DNA of 32,000 nt from an uncultured Clostridia bacterium (GTDB lineage: Bacteria > Bacillota > Clostridia > Christensenellales > Aristaeellaceae). The notes beneath the pieces are model-generated. The model saw only the letters and a program-made list of their open reading frames with translations. It searched no databases and was not told the DNA's origin. Both the position numbers and the translations under genes were made by a program. Position 1 is the first letter of the stretch; each line of letters starts with the position of its first letter. The DNA is taken from contig CALCTW010000064.1 of the NCBI GenBank assembly GCA_937907055.1, positions 10,134 to 42,133 on the forward strand. The letters run 5' to 3'. Shown piece by piece: positions 8,555 through 16,155 of the stretch.

Positions 8555-9280
8555 TCACATGATCGTTCCATCGGGAGACAGAGATACATACTCTTCACTA
8601 TTATCCGGAAAACGGATGGTAATCAAGTAGACCATATGCTCATGATTCACATCGCCGGCCTGTGTCATATAGTGCCAAATTACAGTAGAGCCTTTCAGCG
8701 CGTCTGGTGAATATCCTTTTTTCTGCAAATGATTCAGCGCAATCTCAATTGCTTCTCCGGGCTTAATGGCTTCATCGCCAGGGGTAAGATAGACATCAAC
8801 ATCACTTTCGACTGTCCACAAACCAACTGTAAACATCAAATCAGAGTACCAGACCCAAGTATCATTTTGCCAGTCAGTGTACGGCCCCATTTCGATCCAT
8901 GCAATCCGGTCGATGCTAATCCACTCCAAATCATTGGGATAGGCTTCTGCACCGTATCGTTTGAGCATATAATGATCAATCTCATCCTCGGATGCATGCT
9001 CAAGATGATCTGCCTGCACATCGTCAAGCAATCCATTCTTGTTCATGACTTGCAACATATAGTGTTTCTCATCCAGTGTCCAGTCTGCATAGTCACCGCT
9101 ATTCAGAGTAAGTTGTGCTAACTCTGAAAAAAACTCTGGCAAAAGAGTACATGGCGACGTGGCTATTTCTGTTGCTTCGGACAGAGTGGGTGATTTTGCC
9201 GGATATTTGGTAGCTTCTTCTGCTAAACAGATTTGACAGAACAGGCATACGCATAACAGAATAGAAATCAAGTGTTTCAT
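8555..9280 (-). CDS. Secreted protein paralogous to the anti-sigma ectodomain modules
   Basis: Signal peptide MKHLISILLCVCLFCQICLAEE, with AAAGGAGG RBS. It shares GDYADWTLDEK and AIKPGEAIEIALNHLQKKGY-type modules with the anti-sigma protein (GNYYYAWTLEEK; AITQDDAVGIALMVIKEHFG). Stop is TGA. Confidence 0.75.
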   Translation of the reverse strand: MKHLISILLCVCLFCQICLAEEATKYPAKSPTLSEATEIATSPCTLLPEFFSELAQLTLNSGDYADWTLDEKHYMLQVMNKNGLLDDVQADHLEHASEDEIDHYMLKRYGAEAYPNDLEWISIDRIAWIEMGPYTDWQNDTWVWYSDLMFTVGLWTVESDVDVYLTPGDEAIKPGEAIEIALNHLQKKGYSPDALKGSTVIWHYMTQAGDVNHEHMVYLITIRFPDNSEEYVSLSPDGTIM

Positions 9281-9461
9281 AGAAACCTCCTTTTAATACC
9301 ACTTAATATCGTTTTCCAGCTCCTGACCGGGAGAAACTAACGGGAATTGTTCAACCGATCTTACCTCGCCGGTCCGTACATTGATCCTTGATTGCCTGCA
9401 TGGTGCGATCACCTCCTTTTCACCTATTTAGACGCGAATTGTTTTCCTTTTTATCGATGAA

Positions 9462-9490
9462 ATTCAAAAAATATAAAAAATGCTTGTCAA
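9462..9490 (-). promoter_or_regulatory. Candidate sigma-A promoter for the secreted-protein/sigma/anti-sigma genes
   Basis: On the minus strand: TTGACA (9490-9485), a 17-nt spacer, then TTGAAT (9467-9462). Confidence 0.3.
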
Positions 9491-9617
9491 TATAGAGAAA
9501 TACAGAACTTGAAAAGACCGGGAAGTCGCCCTCTCGGCCTGGGTCACATTATCTGAAACTCGCGTTGATCAGTTTGCCGTTCACAGCGTTGATTTCGCCC
9601 CAGGAAAAATCACGCTC

Positions 9618-9863
9618 GTGAGCAGCGGTCTCAGCATCCTTGTATACATAAACAATCACTGCGGGACATTCAATTCAATATCAAAGCGCAATCAAATCGT
9701 GAATGAGTATATTCAGAAAATCATCGTCCATGCGCCGGAGAAAGACAAGGGAATCCGGACACAGCGCATCCAGATCGTATTCAACTTTGCAGATGCAGTA
9801 ATGGATTCGCCGCTGAATGCATCCGCGGAGATTGTGACAAGCAGACAAGCAAAAACGGCATGA
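9618..9863 (+). pseudogene. C-terminal remnant of a large serine recombinase (TnpX-like tail)
   Basis: …QIVNEYIQKIIVHAPEKDKGIRTQRIQIVFNFADAV… resembles, from memory, the conserved C-terminal (DUF4368-type) segment of clostridial large serine recombinases. No resolvase catalytic domain lies upstream. Stop is TGA. Confidence 0.5.
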
Positions 9864-9883
9864 CTTTCGCCATACCGTTTTGC
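9854..9883 (+). terminator. Hairpin plus T-run at the end of the recombinase remnant
   Basis: acggcatg (9854-9861) pairs with cataccgt (9871-9878) at 7 of 8 bp, followed by tttt. Confidence 0.45.
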
Positions 9884-9914
9884 TAAGGCAATTGTTCCTT
9901 ATCCGTAATAACCC

Positions 9915-9943
9915 TTGCTTTTCGGTTCTGTTTGTGCTATTCT
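9915..9943 (+). promoter_or_regulatory. Candidate sigma-A promoter of the ctsR operon
   Basis: TTGCTT (9915-9920), 17 nt, TATTCT (9938-9943). It lies immediately upstream of the CtsR box. Confidence 0.35.
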
Positions 9944-9948
9944 TTTAA

Positions 9949-9965
9949 GGTCAAAGATAGACAAA
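9949..9965 (+). promoter_or_regulatory. CtsR operator (direct heptad repeat)
   Basis: GGTCAAAgatAGACAAA matches the established CtsR box (A/G)GTCAAAnan(A/G)GTCAAA at all but one position. It lies 30 nt upstream of the ctsR start. An inverted TTTGAC follows at 9970-9975. Confidence 0.75.
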
Positions 9966-9994
9966 CGTCTTTGACTGCTACGGAGGTGATCTTT

Positions 9995-10459
9995 ATGCGT
10001 ATCAGTGATATGATCGAAAACTTCATTAAAGAAATGATGCAGGAGGAACAGCCGGAGATCGAGCTCAAACGCAATGAGCTGGCCGAATACTTTCATTGCG
10101 CCCCTTCTCAGATCAACTATGTTCTGGCCACCCGTTTCACACCCGATCACGGCTATGTCATCAACAGCCAGCGCGGCGGCGGCGGCTGTATCCGCATCAT
10201 CCGTGTCAACCGCACAGGGGATGAGCATCTGGCCTATCTCATGCAGCAGCGCATCGGAGATTCTCTTGATGAGCAGACTGCCGCTGTCCTTTGCCGTCAT
10301 CTTGCTGAAAAGGGCATTGTCTCCGCAGAAGAAAGCGCCACCATGTACGCCGCGCTTTCCCCCGCTTCCTTCAGTATCCCCATCCCGGAGAATCTCAAAA
10401 ATGTCCTGCGCGCCCGCATCATGAAAAACATGCTGCTCTCCATCGCGCAGCGGCACTGA
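9995..10459 (+). CDS. ctsR: Class III stress-gene transcriptional repressor CtsR
   Basis: MRISDMIENFIKEMM…ELKRNELAEYFHCAPSQINYVLATRFTPDHGYVINSQRGGGGCIRI is a CtsR hallmark sequence. GGAGGTGAT RBS at 9982-9990. Stop is TGA. Confidence 0.92.
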   Translation: MRISDMIENFIKEMMQEEQPEIELKRNELAEYFHCAPSQINYVLATRFTPDHGYVINSQRGGGGCIRIIRVNRTGDEHLAYLMQQRIGDSLDEQTAAVLCRHLAEKGIVSAEESATMYAALSPASFSIPIPENLKNVLRARIMKNMLLSIAQRH

Positions 10460-10500
10460 CCGTCTTTTCATACCCCATCGCTTTTTTCAAGGAGTCATTT

Positions 10501-11028
10501 ATGATCTGTGATGAATGCGGCAGAAACAATGCCGAGGTCATGATCACCACCATCGTCAACGGGCAAAGCGTTTCCAAACATCTTTGCCGTCAGTGTGTCA
10601 AAAAGTATCAGAACGGTTCCATCCACGGCGTTCTGGCTGCCGTCCTCGCCACCATGGCGCAGAAGCAGCAGGTCGCGGACGACAGCACCTGTCCCGCCTG
10701 TCAGATGACCTTTTCCGAATTTCAGAAGACCGGCCTGCTCGGCTGCGCGGATTGCTATCAGGCCTTCCGCTCCCAGCTGACGGATCTGCTCACCCGTGTA
10801 CAGGGGCGCACCCAGCACGCCGGCAAATGCCCGGAGCGCGGCGAGCAGACACAGCGTCATCTATCCCAAATCGGTGAACTTCGCGCGAAGATGGAAGAAG
10901 CCATCGCCGCGGAGGATTATGAACAGGCAGCCGTCTACCGCGACCGTATCCGGGAGGCCCAGGCGGAGTTTGATCGCCTGAAGGCCGAAAAAGCCCGTCA
11001 GGAAAGCGAAGGTGATCTGAATGGGTGA
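10501..11028 (+). CDS. mcsA: Protein-arginine kinase activator McsA (zinc fingers plus UVR motif)
   Basis: CDECG…CRQC and CPAC…CADC cysteine pairs, a C-terminal UVR-like EDYEQAAVYRDRIREAQ, and its position between ctsR and mcsB. Confidence 0.88.
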   Translation: MICDECGRNNAEVMITTIVNGQSVSKHLCRQCVKKYQNGSIHGVLAAVLATMAQKQQVADDSTCPACQMTFSEFQKTGLLGCADCYQAFRSQLTDLLTRVQGRTQHAGKCPERGEQTQRHLSQIGELRAKMEEAIAAEDYEQAAVYRDRIREAQAEFDRLKAEKARQESEGDLNG

Positions 11029-12013
11029 TGTCATCATGTCCTCCAAGGTGCGCCTTGCCCGCAATTTTGCCGATCTCCCCTTCCGAGACCGCATGTCCAT
11101 CACGCAAAGTGAACTTTGCTCCGGCCGCGTTCTCGGTGTCATGAAAAATCTTTCCGAGGAATATCATTATTTCCCCATGCAGTCCATCAGCGAGGAGCTG
11201 CGGGACCGTATGCTTGAAAAAGGTCTCATCACATCCGAGCTTTGCGGCAACGAGATCCCGGGCAGCGTGCTTATCCGCAAGGATGAAAAAATGTCCGTCA
11301 TGATCAACGAAGACGATCATCTGCGCATCCTTTCCTTTGCTCCGGGCGATGATCTCATCACTGCCTATCGTTCCGCCTCCGCGCTTGAGGACGCTTTCGC
11401 CTCGCAGCTTGTTTTCGCTTTTGATGATCAGTGGGGCTATCTCACCGCCTGCCCCACCAACACCGGCACCGGTATGCGCGCCAGCGTGCTCATGCATCTG
11501 CCGGTCCTCACGCAGCAAAAGCAACTCGGCAATGCCATCCAGCTGGCCAGCCGCCTCGGCATGTCCCTGCGCGGTGTTTACGGCGAGGGCAACGAAGCGC
11601 TCGGCAACATCTACATGCTCTCCAATCAGATCACGCTCGGCCGCACCGAGCATGAGATCATCGACACGCTTTCCACCGTCGCGCGGGAACTGAACGCCAT
11701 GGAAAACGCCTTCCGTGAAAAGTCCTACGGCGAGGATCCTGCCGCCTTTGAGGACCGTGTTTTCCGTTCGGTCGGCGCGCTGCTCTATGCCCGCCGCATG
11801 GAACAGAAGGAATTCATGTCCCGCTGGTCCGATCTGCGCCTTGCCTGTGAGCACGGCCTCACTGCCTTCCCCGCTGCCGCCTGTGATGATCTGCTCATCC
11901 ACGCGCAGCCCTCGCATATCAGCGATTACGCCGAAAAGCATTCGCTCACCGGCACACCCGAAGAAAATCTTTCCGCTTATATTCGTACGATCCTCAAACC
12001 GGAGGTGATCTGA
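11021..12013 (+). CDS. mcsB: Protein arginine kinase McsB
   Basis: Guanido-kinase signature GYLTACPTNTGTGMRASVLMHLP and N-terminal SSKVRLARNFADLPF. 8-nt overlap with mcsA. Confidence 0.92.
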   Translation: MGDVIMSSKVRLARNFADLPFRDRMSITQSELCSGRVLGVMKNLSEEYHYFPMQSISEELRDRMLEKGLITSELCGNEIPGSVLIRKDEKMSVMINEDDHLRILSFAPGDDLITAYRSASALEDAFASQLVFAFDDQWGYLTACPTNTGTGMRASVLMHLPVLTQQKQLGNAIQLASRLGMSLRGVYGEGNEALGNIYMLSNQITLGRTEHEIIDTLSTVARELNAMENAFREKSYGEDPAAFEDRVFRSVGALLYARRMEQKEFMSRWSDLRLACEHGLTAFPAAACDDLLIHAQPSHISDYAEKHSLTGTPEENLSAYIRTILKPEVI

Positions 12014-12014
12014 C

Positions 12015-14435
12015 ATGGCCATATTCGGTCGATTCAATGAACGCGCCCAGCGTGTCCTCGGCGGGGCGCACGCGCTGTCCATCGGCATGCGCGCCAAATG
12101 CACCGGCAGCGAGCATCTTCTTTACGCGCTCTGCCGCGAGGCAAAGGATGATCTCAATACCTTCCCCGATTCACTCACGCCGCAAACCATCAAGCAATGC
12201 ATCGAACGCCTGACCGAACGCCGCGAGGAAGCCGTTCCGGCCAGGCCGGAACTTTCCGCTCACGCCAAGAGCATTCTTGAAAACGCGGTCCGTCAGGCCG
12301 CGATCAATAACATCCCCCTCGTTTCCAGCGCGCATTTCTGGGTCGCGCTCCTGAATGAGCGGGATTGCAAGGCCGTCCGGATCATCCGGGAACTGGGTGC
12401 GGATCCCTCTGCCATGCTCTCCGCCATCGTTCCGCCGCGTCCCGGCCAGCCGGTCAACGCCGCCGCTTCGCAGCGTTCCGAAAACAGCGAGGACAGCTTC
12501 CTCGCGCGCTATGGCCGCGATCTTACACAGGCCGCCGCCAAGCAGGAAATGGATCCGGTGATCGGCCGTGATGTCGAGATCGACCGCATCATCCAGATCC
12601 TCTCCCGCCGCACCAAGAACAACCCCATCCTCATCGGCGAGCCGGGTGTCGGCAAAAGCGCCGTGGTCGAGGGCTTCGCGCAGAAGATCGCGTGCGGTGC
12701 CGTCCCCGATATGCTTTCCGGCAAGCGCCTCGTCTCCCTCGATATGGGGGCCATCGTCGCCGGCAGCAAGTTCCGCGGCGAATTTGAAGAGCGTCTCAAA
12801 AACATCCTTGATGAAGTCATCAAGGACGGCAACATCGTCCTGTTCATCGATGAGCTTCAGAACATCGTCGGCGCGGGCCGCGCGGAAGGCAGCATGGATG
12901 CCGCCGGCATTCTGAAGCCTCTGCTCGCGCGCGGTGAGATCCGCATCGTCGGCGCCACCACACTTGATGAATACCGCAAGAACATCTTAAAGGATCCGGC
13001 GCTTGCCCGCCGCTTCCAGCCGGTCACGGTCGGGGAGCCTACCCCCGAAAACACCCTCCTCATCCTCAAGGGCCTTCGCGGGGCGTACGAAAAGCATCAC
13101 AAGGTCACCATCACCGATGAAGCGCTGCAGGCCTGTGTCCGTCTGTCAGACCGCTATATCGCAGAACGCTTCCAGCCCGATAAATCCATCGACCTGATGG
13201 ACGAGGCCGCTTCCCGTGTCCACATCCGCTCCTACACCGCGCCGCCGGATGTTCACGAGCAGGAAAATGCCCTGCAGGAGATCGAGAAGCAGAAGCACGC
13301 CGCGGTCGATGAGCAGGATTTTGAAAAGGCCGCCTCTCTGCGCGACCGCGAAAAGGAACTGAAGGACATCATTTCTCAGAAGCGCGCGGCATGGGAGCAG
13401 ACCAAGGCCGACGCGGTCACCACCGTATCCGCGGAGGATATCGCGCGCGTGGTCTCCGAGTGGACCGGCATTCCCGTCACCAAACTCAGCGAAGAGGATT
13501 CCCGCCGTCTCCTTCATCTGGAGGAGATCATCCACCGGCGTGTCATCGGTCAGGAGGAAGCCATCAGCGCGGTCTGCCGTGCCATTCGCCGCGGCAGCGC
13601 CGGTCTGCAGGATCCCAAGCGCCCTCTCGGCAGCTTTATCTTCCTCGGCCCCACCGGTGTCGGTAAAACAGAACTCTGCCGTGCCCTCGGCGAAGCCATG
13701 TTCGGCGATGAGGACGCGCTCATCCGTGTGGACATGAGCGAATACATGGAAAAGCACTCCGTCTCCCGCATGGTCGGCTCTCCTCCGGGCTATGTCGGCT
13801 ATGAAGAGGGCGGGCAGCTCACCGAAGCCGTCCGCCGCAAGCCGTATTCCGTCGTTCTGTTCGATGAGATCGAAAAAGCGCACGGCGATGTCTTCAATCT
13901 GCTTTTGCAGGTGCTGGAGGACGGCCGCCTTACCGATAATACCGGACGCACCGTTTCCTTCCGCAACTGCATCATCGTCATGACCTCCAACGCCGGCGCG
14001 CAGCTGGCGCAGACCGGCGGTCTGGGCTTCGGCTCCCGCAGCACCGGCATGGATTACGAACGCATGAAGGAAAAGCTTCTGCTTTCCGTCCGCAATGTTT
14101 TCAAGCCGGAGTTCATCAATCGTATCGATGAGCTCATCGTCTTCCACAAGCTCACCGAGGAGGACATCAGCAAGGTCTGTTCCCTCATGCTCACGCAGGT
14201 CTGCGATCGTCTCACCGAACGCGATATGCACATCACCTTTGATGACACAGTCGTCGCTCACCTTTCCGCGGCCGGCTATGACGAACAGTACGGCGCGCGT
14301 CCCCTCCGCCGGGTCATCCAGCGTTCCATTGAGGACGCCCTTTCCGAAAAACTCTTGGCCGGCGAGATCCGCCCCGGCGATCACATCATGCTTCACGTGG
14401 ACGCGGGCAATCTCACCTTCATCCCCTGCCCCTGA
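12015..14435 (+). CDS. clpC: ATP-dependent Clp protease ATP-binding subunit ClpC
   Basis: 806 aa. Clp_N repeats, two AAA+ modules (GEPGVGKSA; GPTGVGKTE) and a UVR linker ([15 protein letters not shown]). Stop is TGA. Confidence 0.95.
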   Translation: MAIFGRFNERAQRVLGGAHALSIGMRAKCTGSEHLLYALCREAKDDLNTFPDSLTPQTIKQCIERLTERREEAVPARPELSAHAKSILENAVRQAAINNIPLVSSAHFWVALLNERDCKAVRIIRELGADPSAMLSAIVPPRPGQPVNAAASQRSENSEDSFLARYGRDLTQAAAKQEMDPVIGRDVEIDRIIQILSRRTKNNPILIGEPGVGKSAVVEGFAQKIACGAVPDMLSGKRLVSLDMGAIVAGSKFRGEFEERLKNILDEVIKDGNIVLFIDELQNIVGAGRAEGSMDAAGILKPLLARGEIRIVGATTLDEYRKNILKDPALARRFQPVTVGEPTPENTLLILKGLRGAYEKHHKVTITDEALQACVRLSDRYIAERFQPDKSIDLMDEAASRVHIRSYTAPPDVHEQENALQEIEKQKHAAVDEQDFEKAASLRDREKELKDIISQKRAAWEQTKADAVTTVSAEDIARVVSEWTGIPVTKLSEEDSRRLLHLEEIIHRRVIGQEEAISAVCRAIRRGSAGLQDPKRPLGSFIFLGPTGVGKTELCRALGEAMFGDEDALIRVDMSEYMEKHSVSRMVGSPPGYVGYEEGGQLTEAVRRKPYSVVLFDEIEKAHGDVFNLLLQVLEDGRLTDNTGRTVSFRNCIIVMTSNAGAQLAQTGGLGFGSRSTGMDYERMKEKLLLSVRNVFKPEFINRIDELIVFHKLTEEDISKVCSLMLTQVCDRLTERDMHITFDDTVVAHLSAAGYDEQYGARPLRRVIQRSIEDALSEKLLAGEIRPGDHIMLHVDAGNLTFIPCP

Positions 14436-14450
14436 TCCCGTATTCCTTCC

Positions 14451-14488
14451 GGACGCCCTTTCGTACGCGAGAGGGCGTCCTTTGTTTT
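14451..14488 (+). terminator. Rho-independent terminator of the ctsR-clpC operon
   Basis: ggacgccct (14451-14459) and agggcgtcc (14472-14480) form a perfect 9-bp stem, followed by tttgtttt. Confidence 0.75.
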
Positions 14489-14533
14489 CAGTCCGTACCC
14501 CTGTATTTTCATCCATATCCCCTGCATTCTCCC

Positions 14534-14562
14534 TTGTTTCTGCCTCATCTCCGTTGTATAAT
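14534..14562 (+). promoter_or_regulatory. Candidate sigma-A promoter of the MATE gene
   Basis: TTGTTT (14534-14539), 17 nt, TATAAT (14557-14562). Confidence 0.45.
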
Positions 14563-14654
14563 GATTATGATCATTTACAGACAAAGCGGCAGGAGATCTT
14601 TTTTCATCCATCCCCGCCCTTTCTTTGCTTTGTCTTCACATTACAGGAGCATCT

Positions 14655-15515
14655 ATGTCATCAAAACACGGTGATTTTTCACGCGGTTCTGTTTCATCAA
14701 ATATCATCCGTCTCGCGCTGCCTATGATCGCGGCTGAGTTCGTGCACGTTCTATATAATATCGTGGATCGCATGTATCTCGGGCGCATTCCCTCCGGCGG
14801 CACGCTGGCGCTTTCGGGGATCGGCATCTCCTTTCCGCTCGTCACGCTCATCGGCGCGTTCGCGCAGCTTTGCGGCACCGGCGGCGCGCCGCTCTTTTCC
14901 ATCACGCGCGGCAGCGGTGATCAGGAAAAAGCGCGGCGTATCATGACCACCGCCTTCACCATGCTTCTGGTGCTGGGTGTCACCCTCACGGTGCTGCTCT
15001 TCGCGGCCGCGCCGTGGCTGCTCCGTCTCCTCGGCGGCGATGATGAGACCATCCCGGTCGCGCTTCAATACTTCCGTGTCTATGTCCTCGGCAGCATCCC
15101 TGTGCTCATCACACTCGGGATGAATCCCTTCATCAACGCGCAGGGTTATCCCGCGCTCGGCACCACCACGGTCGTCATCGGCGCTGCCCTCAATATCGCG
15201 CTCGATCCGCTCTTCATCTTCGTCCTCCATATGGATGTAGCCGGTGCCGCGCTGGCCACAGTCATCGCGCAATGCTGCAGCGCGCTGTGGGTGCTGTTCA
15301 TACTCACCGGCAAAAAGCTGCCGGTGCGCCTCGCCCGTCCGGCGATCGACCGCGCCTGCGCCAAAGAGATCGTCAAGCTCGGCGTCACCGGTTTTACCTT
15401 CAAGGTCACCAACAGCGTCACACAGGCCGTTGTCAATATCATGCTCAAGTCCTGGGGCGGCCTGCAGAGCACATTGTTCATCACCGCCGCCAGCCTCATC
15501 AATTCCGTCCGTTAG
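14655..15515 (+). CDS. MATE family efflux transporter, N-terminal two-thirds; ends at an in-frame TAG (15513-15515)
   Basis: MSSKHGDFSRGSVSSNIIRLALPMIAAEFVHVLYNIVDRMYLGRIP… is a typical MATE N-terminus. AGGAG lies 5 nt before the ATG at 14655. Confidence 0.85.
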   Translation: MSSKHGDFSRGSVSSNIIRLALPMIAAEFVHVLYNIVDRMYLGRIPSGGTLALSGIGISFPLVTLIGAFAQLCGTGGAPLFSITRGSGDQEKARRIMTTAFTMLLVLGVTLTVLLFAAAPWLLRLLGGDDETIPVALQYFRVYVLGSIPVLITLGMNPFINAQGYPALGTTTVVIGAALNIALDPLFIFVLHMDVAGAALATVIAQCCSALWVLFILTGKKLPVRLARPAIDRACAKEIVKLGVTGFTFKVTNSVTQAVVNIMLKSWGGLQSTLFITAASLINSVR

Positions 15516-16013
15516 ATCATCTCTCTGCCGTGCAGCGGCATCACCGGCGGCGCGCAGCCTGTCATCAGCTACAATTACGGTGCCAAAGCCTATAACCGCG
15601 TCTCCAAAGGCATCCGTTTCTCTCTGTTTGCCATCCTGATCGTCAACACGTTCATGTGGGCCATCGTCATGCTCTTCCCGGATCTGATCGTCCGCATTTT
15701 CAACAACGAAGATCAGGCGCTCATCGATGTCACCATTCCCTGCGCGCGCGTTTTCTTCGGCGCTTTCCCCTTCATGGCGCTTCAGTCCACCGGTCAAAGC
15801 ACCTTTGTCGCGCTCAACAAGCCCCGTCACGCGCTCTTTTTCTCCATGTTCCGCAAGCTCATTCTGGTCACGCCGCTCACGCTCCTGCTCCCTTCCATCG
15901 GCTTTGGTGTCAGCGGCGTCTTCTGGGCAGAATTCATCAGTCAGGTCATCGGCGCTTCGGCCTGTTTCATCACCATGTCCCTCACTGTGTGGCGGCACAT
16001 GAAGGAATCTTGA
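15516..16013 (+). CDS. MATE family efflux transporter, C-terminal third, same frame and contiguous with 14655..15515
   Basis: The codons directly after the TAG read IISLPCSGITGGAQPVISYNYGAKAYNRV. This is the conserved MATE motif at the start of the second 6-TM bundle. The first canonical start in frame is ATG 15654. Stop is TGA. Confidence 0.8.
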   Translation: MISLPCSGITGGAQPVISYNYGAKAYNRVSKGIRFSLFAILIVNTFMWAIVMLFPDLIVRIFNNEDQALIDVTIPCARVFFGAFPFMALQSTGQSTFVALNKPRHALFFSMFRKLILVTPLTLLLPSIGFGVSGVFWAEFISQVIGASACFITMSLTVWRHMKES

Positions 16014-16051
16014 ACCGGCTTTGCTTCCGGCCTTTTCCGCTGTATACCCCC

Positions 16052-16081
16052 TTGCTTATAGCGGGGCATATCCGTTATAAT
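16052..16081 (+). promoter_or_regulatory. Candidate sigma-A promoter of mnmE
   Basis: TTGCTT (16052-16057), 18 nt, TATAAT (16076-16081). Confidence 0.35.
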
Positions 16082-16155
16082 ACTGACAGTATGATCCTCT
16101 AATAACTTTTTTACTTCCTCAATTCAGCGATAACGACAGGAAAACAGCTACGAAA

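Larger units (their letters stand above)
5306..9883. mobile_element. Decayed integrative/transposon-like island (Tn4451-type tnpV and large serine recombinase remnants plus a sigma/anti-sigma cargo); boundaries approximate
   Basis: Visibly lower G+C than the flanks: hand counts give 21/60 at 6241-6300 versus 39/60 at 12601-12660. It holds a frameshifted tnpV-like gene at the left and a recombinase C-terminal fragment at the right. It sits between two housekeeping operons. Confidence 0.4.

Noticed and set aside
9281-9995. Divergent gene orientation (minus-strand genes to the left, plus-strand genes to the right), considered as a replication origin.
   Set aside because: No dnaA or dnaN gene is present and no cluster of TTATCCACA-like boxes was found by eye. 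Strand orientation switches several more times in the window. The divergence is explained by the inserted island.
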